64,000 bases of DNA from Bacteroidaceae bacterium. Its GTDB lineage: Bacteria > Bacteroidota > Bacteroidia > Bacteroidales > Bacteroidaceae. The notes beneath the pieces were generated by a model. The model was not told the DNA's origin and ran no database searches. It saw only the letters and a program-made list of their open reading frames with translations. Location: positions 16,567 to 80,566 of the forward strand of contig JAZQTU010000006.1 of assembly GCA_045630965.1 (NCBI GenBank), given 5' to 3'. The first letter of the stretch is position 1. Every line of letters begins with the position of its first letter. Below are positions 19,101 to 27,997 of the stretch, in pieces. A program made the translations under genes and the position numbers.

Positions 19101-19602
19101 TAACTTCCGTACTCTTGGTAAGAAGTTCGGTAAGCTCATGAAGAGTGTAAATGCTGCAGTAACAGAAATGTCACAGGAGCAGATTGCACAGCTCGAAAAG
19201 AATGGCAATATAACATTGCAGGTTGAGGGTGTAGATGCGCTCATTGAACTTGCTGATGTTGAAATATTCAGCGAAGATGTTCCGGGCTGGACTGTTGCCA
19301 ACGAGGGCGCTTTGACTGTTGCTCTTGATGTGGAGGTTACCGATGCTCTGCGTCGCGAAGGTATAGCACGTGAAATTGTAAAGAAGATTCAGGCTGTACG
19401 TAAGGATAGCGGCTTTGATATTACCGACCGTATATCTGTCGTTGTATCAAGCAGTGAAATAAGCGATGTTGCTGTTGAGGAATTCAAGGAGTATATCTGT
19501 AATCAGGTCCTTGCCGATTCACTTGTTATCGGTGAAGTAGCCGAAGGTGAAGCAGTTGAACTGGACGGTGCTGTGATAAAGGTTGCAGTAGCGAAATTAT
19601 GA
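16123..19602 (+). CDS. ileS: Isoleucine--tRNA ligase (long, type-2 form)
   Basis: 1159-aa ORF with class I motifs PPSANGMPGIHH (HIGH-like) and KMSKRLGN (KMSKS). An editing-domain insert is present, and lspA follows downstream in the classic order. Confidence 0.95.
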   Translation: MKKKFSVYNQLNLPQINKEVLNEWEENNLFSRSMTEREGAPSFVFFEGPPSANGMPGIHHVMARSIKDTFCRFKTMKGFLVKRKAGWDTHGLPVELGVEKKLNITKEDIGKKISVDDYNRNCREEVMKYTKEWTDLTRKMGYWVDLENPYITYENSYIESLWWLLKQLYNKNLLYKGYTIQPYSPAAGTGLSSHELNQPGCYRDVKDTTAVAQFRMLDPKPEMTEWGKPYFIAWTTTPWTLPSNTALCVGPKIDYVAVQTYNAYTGEPVTVVLAKALLNAHFNPAGAELPLDSYKQGDKVVPYKVIAEYKGADLVGMHYAQLFPWVKPVVKEGDKVVDASADAFRVIPGDYVTTEDGTGIVHIAPTFGADDAFVAKAAGIPSLFMVNKKGETRPMVDFTGKFWSIDELDEEFVNNCIDKELYSKFAGAYVKNAYDPQYTVDGKYDEAAAAKAETLDVALCMVMKQGGVAFKIEKHVHNYPHCWRTDKPVLYYPLDSWFVRASEMKERMSELNKTITWKPESTGTGRFGKWLENLNDWNLSRSRYWGTPLPIWTSEDGEAKCIGSIAELYDEIEKAVAAGIMQSNPYKDKGFVPGDYSKANYDKIDLHRPYVDDIKLVSSTGMPMTRELDLIDVWFDSGAMPYAQIHYPFENKEILDNRVVYPADFIAEGVDQTRGWFYTLHAIATMVFDTVAFKTVISNGLVLDKNGDKMSKRLGNAVDPFDTIEAYGSDPLRWYMITNSAPWDNLRFNEEGVKEVVRSFFGKLYQTYSFFTMYANVDGFRYEEPDMPINERPELDRWILSELNTLVKNVNACFNDYEPTKAGRLIQEFVINNVSNWFVRLSRKRFWGSDMSADKLSAYQTLYTCLETVARLMAPIAPFYADRLYKDLTAVTGRAESDSVHLAKFPECDEALVDTELEYRMELAQQISSMVLALRKKEALIVRQPLQKIAIPTTDEVMKARIEAVKQLILSEVNVKELVFVEGDGILVKKIKCNFRTLGKKFGKLMKSVNAAVTEMSQEQIAQLEKNGNITLQVEGVDALIELADVEIFSEDVPGWTVANEGALTVALDVEVTDALRREGIAREIVKKIQAVRKDSGFDITDRISVVVSSSEISDVAVEEFKEYICNQVLADSLVIGEVAEGEAVELDGAVIKVAVAKL

Positions 19603-19636
19603 AAAACAATAACTAACCATAATAAATTTAATAGAT

Positions 19637-20011
19637 ATGTCTGAAAAAGTTCGTTATTCTGACGCCGAATTGGAAGAGTTCCGTCAGGTGATTTTGAAGA
19701 AGTTGGAACTTGCTAAAAGAGATTATGATGAGATAATGAGAGCTCTCCGTCATGAGGATTCAAATGACGTTGCCGATACATCACCTACATATAAAGGTCT
19801 GGAAGATGGTAGTGATGCTGCATACCTCGAAGAGCAGATGCAGATAGCAAGCCGTCAGGCAAAATTCATTCAGGGTCTTCAGGCTGCGCTTGTACGTATC
19901 CAGAATAAGACTTACGGTATTTGCCGTGAGACTGGTAAACTCATTGCTAAGGAGAGACTTATGGCTGTTCCTCATGCTACATTGAGCATTGAAGCAAAGA
20001 AAAACCGCTAA
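19637..20011 (+). CDS. DksA/TraR-family protein with degenerate zinc finger
   Basis: 124-aa ORF with a coiled-coil N-terminal part. The C-terminal YGICRETGKLIAKERLMAVPHATLS retains only one Cys of the canonical C4 finger. It sits between ileS and lspA. Confidence 0.7.
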   Translation: MSEKVRYSDAELEEFRQVILKKLELAKRDYDEIMRALRHEDSNDVADTSPTYKGLEDGSDAAYLEEQMQIASRQAKFIQGLQAALVRIQNKTYGICRETGKLIAKERLMAVPHATLSIEAKKNR

Positions 20012-20017
20012 GAATTT

Positions 20018-20614
20018 ATGGCAGAAAATACCAAGAAACGTTCCGCGATAATCCTCTCGCTTGTTTTGTTGGCACTGGTTGTAGACCAGGTTATCAAGGT
20101 TGTGATCAAGACCAATATGCAGTTGGGGGAGAGTATCCCGGTTTTTGGTGATTGGTTCAAGATATTGTTCGTGGAAAACAACGGCATGGCATTCGGAATG
20201 GAGATATTCAATAAATATTTCCTTACCAGTTTCCGTATTATTGCTGTTGCTTTCCTTGGATATTTTCTTTGCAAGTCGCTGAAGAACGGAAAGTATCCGT
20301 TCGGTTTTTTGGTGTGTGTGGCGCTTATATTGGCCGGTGCAACCGGTAATATAATCGACTGTCTTTTTTATGGTGAAATCTTCACCCACAGTTATGGTCA
20401 GGTTGCAGATTTCGTTTCTTGGGGCAATGGCTATAGCGAATTCATGCTGGGACGTGTCGTGGATATGTTCTATTTTCCATTGTTTACATGGCCCGACTGG
20501 ATGCCTTTGATAGGCGGTGGTGTCTTTTTTGCCCCGGTATTTAATTTTGCTGATGCGTGTATCAGCTGCAGCGTTGTTGCAATGCTTATTTTTTATAGGA
20601 AATATATCCTTTAG
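20018..20614 (+). CDS. lspA: Lipoprotein signal peptidase (signal peptidase II)
   Basis: 198-aa ORF with 4 TM segments and conserved ENNGMAFG and VFNFADA catalytic-Asp blocks. Confidence 0.9.
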   Translation: MAENTKKRSAIILSLVLLALVVDQVIKVVIKTNMQLGESIPVFGDWFKILFVENNGMAFGMEIFNKYFLTSFRIIAVAFLGYFLCKSLKNGKYPFGFLVCVALILAGATGNIIDCLFYGEIFTHSYGQVADFVSWGNGYSEFMLGRVVDMFYFPLFTWPDWMPLIGGGVFFAPVFNFADACISCSVVAMLIFYRKYIL

Positions 20615-20625
20615 GATTTGCCGTT

Positions 20626-21414
20626 ATGTCCTTCCTCAGGTATCTCTCCATTTCTTTAATCCTGTTTCTTGTAGTTTCTTGCGAGGTCAGGATACCTGAC
20701 AATGTTATCCCTCCCGACAAGATGGAGGCTATTCTGTATGATTATCATCTTGTGCAGGCGATGTCGGGTGAATATGGGTCTGATGCTTATAAGGAGAAAC
20801 TTTTCTATACCTACATCTTCAAGAAACATAATGTTGAAAAGGCTTATTTCGATTCAACAATGCAGTGGTATAACCGCTATCCAAAGCATTTGAGGAAGGT
20901 CTATGAGAATATTTCCGCAAGAATTGATGCTGAAGTTGAAGAACTTAATCTTATAAAAGTCATAGACAAGGAGGGTGTTACCATTGGGCAGGTATCTTTT
21001 ACGGGCGATAATACTGATCTCTGGACAAGTTCAAAAACCAAATACCTCTCTTCAAATTCCTTGAACAATAGATTGTCGTTCTCATTTGATGTACCTGACG
21101 ATACAACTTTTGTCAAAGGAGACAGTCTTGTATTCTCTTTCAGAACGGAATTCGTCTCATGTGATTCGGTTACTCAGGACGCTTTTGCGTCAATCCGTCT
21201 TGATTACGATGACAAATCTTTTTATGCGAAATCGGTTGAAATCGATTCGGCAGGAGGGTATTGCATTGCTGCTCCAAGGTATCATGAATCTAAATTGAAG
21301 TCCATGTATGGCTTTGTCTATTACACAGACAATGATACAACGGCTTGCTCGCGTATGCTGTTGCACGATGTCTCACTCATGAGAATTCACCCGTCAACGA
21401 GTGAAGAAAACTGA
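20626..21414 (+). CDS. DUF4296-type lipoprotein
   Basis: 262-aa ORF with lipoprotein signal ...LILFLVVSC. IPPDKMEAILYDYHLVQAM is typical of the DUF4296 family found downstream of lspA in Bacteroidota. Confidence 0.65.
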   Translation: MSFLRYLSISLILFLVVSCEVRIPDNVIPPDKMEAILYDYHLVQAMSGEYGSDAYKEKLFYTYIFKKHNVEKAYFDSTMQWYNRYPKHLRKVYENISARIDAEVEELNLIKVIDKEGVTIGQVSFTGDNTDLWTSSKTKYLSSNSLNNRLSFSFDVPDDTTFVKGDSLVFSFRTEFVSCDSVTQDAFASIRLDYDDKSFYAKSVEIDSAGGYCIAAPRYHESKLKSMYGFVYYTDNDTTACSRMLLHDVSLMRIHPSTSEEN

Positions 21415-21419
21415 TTTTT

Positions 21420-21677
21420 ATGCTCTATCTCGCAAGAAATCTTCACTTGGTCAACGGTACGGTATTACGCAATATTGTTGTTGATGTCTGCGATGGTGTT
21501 GTAAATGATTTTTATCCTTTTTCTTTCGAAAGGGAATCAATGTTTCTTGTGGATGATATCTATCTCTCCAATTTTGAAAACGATGCTGATAAACAAATAG
21601 CATCTTGCCTTTGTGAAAGCAAGATGCTATACGCTTGTACTCTCTCCGAAGATGGAGAACTTCATCGTTTGAAGTGA
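21420..21677 (+). CDS. Hypothetical small protein (85 aa)
   Basis: The ORF fills the gap between the DUF4296 gene and the convergent trmH-like gene. No recognisable motif. Confidence 0.35.
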   Translation: MLYLARNLHLVNGTVLRNIVVDVCDGVVNDFYPFSFERESMFLVDDIYLSNFENDADKQIASCLCESKMLYACTLSEDGELHRLK

Positions 21678-22436
21678 TTACTTTGCTCTTCTTCGGAATT
21701 CACTGCATATTATTGCTGTTGCTACAGATACGTTCAATGACTCTGACGTGCTCCTCTCTCTTGGATAGTTAGGGATGAGGAGACGGTCTGTTATCAATTT
21801 GCTGCACTCTTCGCTTATTCCATTTCCTTCGTTGCCCATTACCACAAGTCCTTTGTTGGTGATTTCACTTGAGTATATATCTTCTCCGTCAAGGAAGGTG
21901 CCGTAAACAGGTGCTTTGCCATTCAAAGATAGTATCATTTTACTCAGGTCTGTGTAATGAATCTTTACTCTTCCTATGGCACCCATTGTAGCTTGTACAG
22001 TCTTTGGATTGTATATGTCTACGCAACCGTTCGAACAGAATATATTTTCAATGCCGAACCAGTCGGCAATACGAATGATTGTTCCCATGTTTCCCGGGTC
22101 CTGTACATTGTCAAGAGCCAGGCAAAGTTCTCGCTCCGGAGCGTTGTAGTCCGTTGGGTGCTGTAGCTGTTTGAATACTGCAAGAACTCCTTGAGGAGTG
22201 CGCAGGAAACTCGCTTTTTTCATCTCCTCCTCGCTGGCAACTGATATTTCGGCTGTTGTATTGAGTTTATGCGTTTTCAGCCACTCGTCTGTAGCAATGA
22301 TATATTTGGTTTCCACTCCAAGGTCAATGAGGTCCTGAACAGTCTTGCCACCTTCGGCAACGAACAGACCTGTTTCCTTGCGGAATTTACGCAGTTCAAG
22401 AGCTTTGATCTGTTTTAACAGCGATTTGCTAATCAT
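21678..22436 (-). CDS. TrmH/SpoU-family RNA 2'-O-methyltransferase
   Basis: 252-aa ORF with SPOUT motifs LDNVQDPGNMGTIIR, VMGNEGNGIS and SLNVSVATAI. A TAGATTTG -7 box lies on the minus strand at 22465-22472. Confidence 0.85.
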   Translation of the reverse strand: MISKSLLKQIKALELRKFRKETGLFVAEGGKTVQDLIDLGVETKYIIATDEWLKTHKLNTTAEISVASEEEMKKASFLRTPQGVLAVFKQLQHPTDYNAPERELCLALDNVQDPGNMGTIIRIADWFGIENIFCSNGCVDIYNPKTVQATMGAIGRVKIHYTDLSKMILSLNGKAPVYGTFLDGEDIYSSEITNKGLVVMGNEGNGISEECSKLITDRLLIPNYPRERSTSESLNVSVATAIICSEFRRRAK

Positions 22437-22492
22437 ATTTCTGTTTATCTTCGTTAAAGTGGTGCAAATCTACCTTAAATCTTTGATTTTTC

Positions 22493-22671
22493 TGCTATAT
22501 TTGAGATAAATCTCCAATATTGCCTGTACTCGCTGTAAAATATTCAAGCAAGCTTGATTTTATTTTGCTCGTTTCTTGCTATCTTTGAGATAAATCTCGA
22601 AGATATTCTGCACTCGCCGTAAAATATTCAAGCAAGCTTGATTTTATTTTGCTCGTTTCTTGCTATCTTTG
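22493..22671. repeat. 84-bp tandem direct repeat (2 full copies + 11-nt third start), each copy beginning with a TAnnTTTG box
   Basis: Copy 1 is 22493-22576, copy 2 is 22577-22660, and a partial copy is 22661-22671. The last 42 nt of both copies are identical and the first 42 nt differ at 9 positions. The boxes are TATATTTG (22496), TATCTTTG (22580) and TATCTTTG (22664). Confidence 0.9.
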
Positions 22672-22699
22672 TAAGAATTTGTAAAAATTAGGTGTACTG

Positions 22700-25003
22700 A
22701 TGCCAAAAAGATTGTGGACATATATTCTACTCTGTATCCTTATGGTTACGTCATGCTCTGTGAATAAGTTTATTCCAGAGGGTGAGTATCTTCTTAAGGA
22801 TGTGAAGATTGTCTCTAATACCAACGCGTCAAATGTCATCAAGTCGCGTAATTATGTGCGTCAGATGCCTAATGCAAAATGGTTCAGCCTTGTCAAGGTG
22901 CCTTTATACACTTATGCCTTGTCGGGGCGTGATACCACTATGTGGATAAACAATGTTTTGCAGCGTCTTGGTGAAGCGCCGGTCATTTACAATGAAGGAC
23001 TTGCCGAAATAAGCCGAAGGAATATTGAACAGATGCTTGTCAATGAGGGCTATCTCCATGCTACAGTCGATTTCGAGTGTGAGAAGCGTGACGAGAAGAG
23101 GCGTGCTGTTGCTACGTATTATCTGCATGAACGTGAGAGGTATCATGTGTCGGACATAACGCTCAACAGTGCTGACAGTGCGTTATGCTCTATAATTGAT
23201 ATCAATTCCGAAGATTCGCATCTGCGCCCCGGTATGCCATTCAGTGTTGAAGGTATGGAACAGGAGCGTAACCGTTTGACCAAAATGTTGAGAGACAAGG
23301 GATACTATCGTTTTCAAAAAGATTACATAACCTTTACGGCCGATACTGCACACCATTCCGACAAGGTGAAACTTACAATGAATATCGCGATGTTCACAGC
23401 GTCTCCCAATGCTTTGACTACACCTCACCAGCAGTACAGGGTTGGAGATGTGCATTACGTAACCGGTGCCGGTATGCGTTTCGATGAAGCTGCATTGGCA
23501 CAGTGTGATACTTTGTTGTATCGCAATTACAAGATTCTTTATAAAGACAATTCGATTGTACGTCCCGGTGTTCTTGTTGAGAATACATTCTTTCAGCCAG
23601 GTGACATGTTCTCGCAAAATAACGTGGACAGGACTTTCAATTCGTTTGCGCAGCTTACGGCGTTAAAATATACTACAATACGTATGGTTGAGCGTGCCGA
23701 TACTGCATTGCTCGACTGCTACATTATGTTTGAACGTAACAAGAGACGTTCTGTCGGTTTTGAGCTGGAGGGAACAAATACAGCCGGTGACTTGGGTGCG
23801 GCAGCCTCCGTAACATTTTCGGACAAGAACCTTTTCAAAGGTTCTGAATTGCTCTCTTTGCGCATTTTTGGAGCATATGAGGCGGTTTCCAATCTTAGCG
23901 GATATACCGGTGACAGCTATTTCGAATATGGTGCCGAATTGAGCTTGAGATTGCTTGGTGGTATTCCGCAAGCCTTTGTTCCTGCCGAGAAGCGTATGTT
24001 GCTCTCTTCTACGCTGTTCTCTTTGAAACTCAATTCACAGGAACGCCCTGAGTTCGAGAGGCGAATTCTTTCCGGATCGTGGAGTTATATGTGGAGCAAG
24101 CGTAAGGAGGATATGCATAAGCTCGACATAGTTGACCTTAACTACATCTATGTGCCATGGATTTCGGAAACATTCAAGAAAGAGTATCTTGACAGTGTTT
24201 CGAACAGGAATTCAATTCTTAAATACAATTATGAGAACCTGCTGATAACCAAGTTGGGATATACTTATTCGTATAACTCGTCACATAATAATAAAAATCG
24301 TTTTGAGCGTGTCGTATATTCTTTGCGTGCCAATGTAGAGAGTTCGGGAAATCTCCTTTACGGTATAAACAGCGCATTTGGTGGTGCAAAGAACAGTGAC
24401 GGGCAATATACGTTGCTTAAAATTGCTTATGCACAGTATGTGAAGGGTGATTTTGATTTCGCAACGCGTATAAACATGGACGACCGCAATTCAATTGTCC
24501 TGCACTTTGGTCTGGGAATTGCCTATCCGTACGGAAATTCGCGCATATTGCCGTTTGAAAAGCGATATTTCTCGGGTGGAGCCAATGGTATGCGTGGATG
24601 GACTGTGAGGAGCCTTGGCCCCGGTCCTTATCGTAATGAAGGAAGAAGTATTGACTTTATAAATCAGTCGGGTGATATCAAGCTTGACTTGAATGTTGAA
24701 TACCGTACACACCTGTTTTGGAAAATCCATTCAGCGGTCTTCCTTGATGCAGGTAATATATGGACAATACGTGAGTATGAGGAGCAACCTGGAGGACAGT
24801 TCAAGTTCACAACCTTCTATAAGGACTTGGCGTTGTCTTATGGTATTGGTTTCAGGTTCGATTTAGGCCTGTTCGTTTTCCGTCTTGATGGAGCGATGAA
24901 GGCGATAAACCCTGCGTATGACGGCAGGGAAAGATTTCCTGTCATATGTCCTAAGTTCGGACGAGACTTTGCATTGCATTTTGCAATAGGATATCCGTTC
25001 TGA
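22700..25003 (+). CDS. Omp85/BamA-TamA family outer-membrane protein, lipoprotein type (TamL-like)
   Basis: 767-aa ORF with lipoprotein signal MPKRLWTYILLCILMVTSCS. The C-terminal bacterial surface antigen barrel has RYFSGGANGMRGW and a terminal ...FAIGYPF. Confidence 0.8.
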   Translation: MPKRLWTYILLCILMVTSCSVNKFIPEGEYLLKDVKIVSNTNASNVIKSRNYVRQMPNAKWFSLVKVPLYTYALSGRDTTMWINNVLQRLGEAPVIYNEGLAEISRRNIEQMLVNEGYLHATVDFECEKRDEKRRAVATYYLHERERYHVSDITLNSADSALCSIIDINSEDSHLRPGMPFSVEGMEQERNRLTKMLRDKGYYRFQKDYITFTADTAHHSDKVKLTMNIAMFTASPNALTTPHQQYRVGDVHYVTGAGMRFDEAALAQCDTLLYRNYKILYKDNSIVRPGVLVENTFFQPGDMFSQNNVDRTFNSFAQLTALKYTTIRMVERADTALLDCYIMFERNKRRSVGFELEGTNTAGDLGAAASVTFSDKNLFKGSELLSLRIFGAYEAVSNLSGYTGDSYFEYGAELSLRLLGGIPQAFVPAEKRMLLSSTLFSLKLNSQERPEFERRILSGSWSYMWSKRKEDMHKLDIVDLNYIYVPWISETFKKEYLDSVSNRNSILKYNYENLLITKLGYTYSYNSSHNNKNRFERVVYSLRANVESSGNLLYGINSAFGGAKNSDGQYTLLKIAYAQYVKGDFDFATRINMDDRNSIVLHFGLGIAYPYGNSRILPFEKRYFSGGANGMRGWTVRSLGPGPYRNEGRSIDFINQSGDIKLDLNVEYRTHLFWKIHSAVFLDAGNIWTIREYEEQPGGQFKFTTFYKDLALSYGIGFRFDLGLFVFRLDGAMKAINPAYDGRERFPVICPKFGRDFALHFAIGYPF

Positions 25004-25039
25004 CGTATGATGTTGTTTTGAGAAAAAAGAAAATATATA

Positions 25040-25843
25040 ATGGAGATACGATTTATGAGTATTGGTAGCGGAAGCTGCGGCAACTGTTACTATTTGGGGG
25101 TAGGGGATTACGGTATCCTTGTTGATGCCGGAATACCGTCCAAGACTATCAGGACTGCCCTTAAAAAGGAGGGAATACCTTTCGAGAGTATATGTGCCAT
25201 GTTTGTGACACACGACCATGCCGACCATATCAAGTCGTTGGGTGTGATATCGGCAAAGGCGAATATACCGGTGTATGCAACACGTGAGGTGCATGAAGGA
25301 ATAACAAAGAACTATTGTGTGTCCAAGCCAATAGAGCCTGCCTATGTGAGATATGTCAATAAAGAAGATCCTGTGACGCTCCGCGATATGGTTATAACCC
25401 CTTTTGAAGTGCCTCACGATGGTAGTGACAATGTAGGATATTTTATAGAAGTAGGTGACAAGAAGTTCTGTATTGCAACCGACTTGGGTGAGATAACACC
25501 AACTGTGTCATATTATGTCGACCAGGCAAATTACCTTGTAATAGAGTCAAATTATGAGGAGCAGATGCTTGCAATGGGACGTTATCCCGAATTCTTGAAG
25601 ATGCGTGTAGCAAGCGCCCGTGGACATATGAGTAACCAGGCAACGGCAAAATATCTTGCTTCTCATTTCAATGAGCATCTCAAGTATATATGGCTGTGTC
25701 ATTTGAGTGAGGAGAATAACCATCCGGAATTGGCCTACAAGACAGTTGCCATGGAGTTTGGAGACTATGGTATAATACCAGGAAAGGATGTGCAACTGAC
25801 GGTTTTGAAGCGTACGATGCCATCTCAATTGTATCGTCTCTGA
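25040..25843 (+). CDS. MBL-fold metallo-hydrolase (YycJ-like)
   Basis: 267-aa ORF with GSGSCGNCYYL and the HxHxDH motif VTHDHADH. Confidence 0.8.
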   Translation: MEIRFMSIGSGSCGNCYYLGVGDYGILVDAGIPSKTIRTALKKEGIPFESICAMFVTHDHADHIKSLGVISAKANIPVYATREVHEGITKNYCVSKPIEPAYVRYVNKEDPVTLRDMVITPFEVPHDGSDNVGYFIEVGDKKFCIATDLGEITPTVSYYVDQANYLVIESNYEEQMLAMGRYPEFLKMRVASARGHMSNQATAKYLASHFNEHLKYIWLCHLSEENNHPELAYKTVAMEFGDYGIIPGKDVQLTVLKRTMPSQLYRL

Positions 25844-25886
25844 AATGATTTGTTTTGGAAATATTAATAAATAAAATACTATAACT

Positions 25887-27182
25887 ATGAATTTTGTACA
25901 GGAACTTAAGTGGAGAGGCATGATTCAGGACATGACTCCCGGAACAGAGGAACAGTTGCAGAAGGAGATGACAAGCGCATATCTTGGCATTGACCCAACT
26001 GCAGACTCCTTACATATCGGTCACCTTGTAGGTGTTATGATGTTGCGTCATTTTCAGTTGTGTGGTCATAAGCCCATTGCTCTTATCGGTGGTGCTACTG
26101 GTATGATTGGCGACCCTTCGGGAAAGTCAAAGGAGCGTGTGCTTATTGATGAGGAGAAATTGCGTCACAATCAGGAAGCTCTCAAGAAACAGCTTGCACG
26201 TTTCCTTGATTTCGACAGCGATGCACCCAATGCTGCCGTATTGGTTAACAACTGCGACTGGATGAAGAATTTTACATTCCTTGACTTTATCCGTAATATC
26301 GGTAAGATGATTACCGTGAACTATATGATGTCCAAGGATTCTGTAAAGCGTCGTCTTTCGGGTGAAGCCGGTACAGACGGTATGTCATTTACCGAGTTTA
26401 CATATCAGCTTCTTCAGGGTTATGACTATGTACATCTCAACGAGACTCACGGCTGTAAGCTACAGCTTGGTGGTGCCGATCAGTGGGGTAATATAACAAC
26501 CGGTACAGAGATGATCCGTAAGATGTCAGGAAACGAGGTCTTCGCTCTTACATGTCCTCTTATCACTAAAGCCGACGGCAAGAAGTTCGGTAAGACCGAG
26601 CAGGGTAATATATGGCTTGACAAGCGTTATACATCGCCATATCGTTTCTACCAGTTCTGGCTCAATGTAAGCGATGAGGATGCCGACAAGTATATCAAGA
26701 TATTCACATCAATCTGTCGCGAAGAGATTGAGGCTCTTGTAGCAGAGCATGCGCAGGCTCCTCATATGCGTCTGTTGCAGAAGCGCCTTGCAAAGGAGGT
26801 AACAGTTCTTGTTCATGGTGAGGAGGAATACAATAAGGCTGTAGAGGCTTCTAATATTCTCTTTGGCAATGCATCTACCGACGCTTTGCGTTCACTCGAT
26901 GAAGATACATTACTCGCAGTCTTCGACGGCGTACCACAGTTCGAGGTCTCACGTGAAGTGATAAATGCCGGTGTAAAGGCTGTTGACCTTACTACCGACA
27001 ATGCGTCAATCTTTGCATCAAAAGGCGAGATGCGTAAACTTGTTCAGGGTGGTGGTGTTTCAATCAATAAGGAGAAACTCGCAGCCTTTGACCAGGTAAT
27101 TACAGCAGAAAATCTTTTGAACGACAAGTATATCCTTGTTCAGAAGGGCAAGAAGAACTATTACCTGATAATCGTTAAGTAA
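25887..27182 (+). CDS. tyrS: Tyrosine--tRNA ligase
   Basis: 431-aa ORF with HIGH (SLHIGHL) and KMSKS-equivalent KFGKT motifs, plus a C-terminal S4-like domain. Confidence 0.95.
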   Translation: MNFVQELKWRGMIQDMTPGTEEQLQKEMTSAYLGIDPTADSLHIGHLVGVMMLRHFQLCGHKPIALIGGATGMIGDPSGKSKERVLIDEEKLRHNQEALKKQLARFLDFDSDAPNAAVLVNNCDWMKNFTFLDFIRNIGKMITVNYMMSKDSVKRRLSGEAGTDGMSFTEFTYQLLQGYDYVHLNETHGCKLQLGGADQWGNITTGTEMIRKMSGNEVFALTCPLITKADGKKFGKTEQGNIWLDKRYTSPYRFYQFWLNVSDEDADKYIKIFTSICREEIEALVAEHAQAPHMRLLQKRLAKEVTVLVHGEEEYNKAVEASNILFGNASTDALRSLDEDTLLAVFDGVPQFEVSREVINAGVKAVDLTTDNASIFASKGEMRKLVQGGGVSINKEKLAAFDQVITAENLLNDKYILVQKGKKNYYLIIVK

Positions 27183-27201
27183 TAGCTTGACTTTTATATA
27201 A

Positions 27202-27243
27202 TTTAGGGGCAATTCGTATTGAATTGCCCCTAAATTTGTTTTT
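27202..27243 (+). terminator. Rho-independent terminator of tyrS
   Basis: 14-bp stem TTTAGGGGCAATTC / GAATTGCCCCTAAA with a 5-nt loop, followed by TTTGTTTTT. Confidence 0.85.
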
Positions 27244-27313
27244 ATATATGGTGTATAGCTTTCCAAGAATAAATTTATAAAAAAAAGACAGCTACCGAAG
27301 TAACTGTCTTTTG

Positions 27314-27386
27314 TACGCCGTCAGGGACTCGAACCCTGGACCCATTGATTAAGAGTCAATTGCTCTACCAACTGAGCTAACAGCGC
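27314..27386 (-). tRNA. tRNA-Lys (anticodon CTT)
   Basis: The revcomp reads GCGCTGT TA GCTC AGTTGGTA GAGC A ATTGA CTCTTAA TCAAT GGGTC CAGGG TTCGAGT CCCTG ACGGCGT A. This folds as a cloverleaf with G-U pairs at 1-72 and 5-68. No encoded CCA. Confidence 0.9.
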
Positions 27387-27403
27387 ATTGCCTTAACGCG
27401 TTG

Positions 27404-27411
27404 CAAAGGTA
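27404..27411 (-). promoter_or_regulatory. -7 promoter box for tRNA-Lys
   Basis: The minus strand reads TACCTTTG (TAnnTTTG) 17 nt upstream of the tRNA 5' end. Confidence 0.5.
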
Positions 27412-27526
27412 CAACTTTATTTTAACTCTGCAAATCTTTTACAAACTTTTTTTTGACTTTTTTTTGCTCGTCTTGCCAACTTGTTGATTATTAATGATAA
27501 AAAATATGATGTTTTTTTATCATTTT

Positions 27527-27934
27527 TTACCACAACCATTTTTTCTTCTTTTTAGGCTGGTCATGTTGCTCGGCGCATATGTCGTGCCAGTCTTTTTTTT
27601 CATTTATCATTCTATAAATTGTTCCCCAATCGGGTATTCCGCCAAGATTACGGTCGTCGATAAAGATTTCGGCATTTACTTTATTGAATGTTGCATCTTT
27701 GCCAATCTCTTCTTCGGGGTAGCTTTTGTTTACGGCATAAAATTCTATACCGCGTTCTTTGCACCAATCAACGGCTTCCTGTAGAAGTTCTCCGCTACGT
27801 ACAGTCCATAATATTATCTGGTGACGTTCCTCTATCAGTTTGCGTATAGTTGCTGTTGCAAACGGACGTTCCCTGCCTATTTGTGGATATTCATGTTCTA
27901 CAATTGTGCCGTCAAAATCTATTGCAATAACCAT
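27527..27934 (-). CDS. Small HAD-like hydrolase-fold protein
   Basis: 135-aa ORF with N-terminal IAIDFDGTIV (DxDGT HAD motif I), followed by ILWTVRSG and IFIDDRN (motif IV-like). Confidence 0.6.
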   Translation of the reverse strand: MVIAIDFDGTIVEHEYPQIGRERPFATATIRKLIEERHQIILWTVRSGELLQEAVDWCKERGIEFYAVNKSYPEEEIGKDATFNKVNAEIFIDDRNLGGIPDWGTIYRMINEKKDWHDICAEQHDQPKKKKKWLW

Positions 27935-27997
27935 AATCTCTATTTTTGTTTGCTAAATTAAGGATTATTTGTTTATAACCAAACAAAAATCAACCTT

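Noticed and set aside
22493-22671. Considered whether the 84-bp repeats could be a CRISPR array or a MITE.
   Set aside because: There are only about 2.1 directly abutting copies with no spacers. The unit lacks terminal inverted repeats and target-site duplications.
27314-27386. tRNA-Lys as the attachment site of the phage-like element.
   Set aside because: The tRNA 3' end faces tyrS, away from the element. HAD-like and lrgAB genes of host-like composition lie in between. No integrase and no repeat of the tRNA 3' end was noticed.
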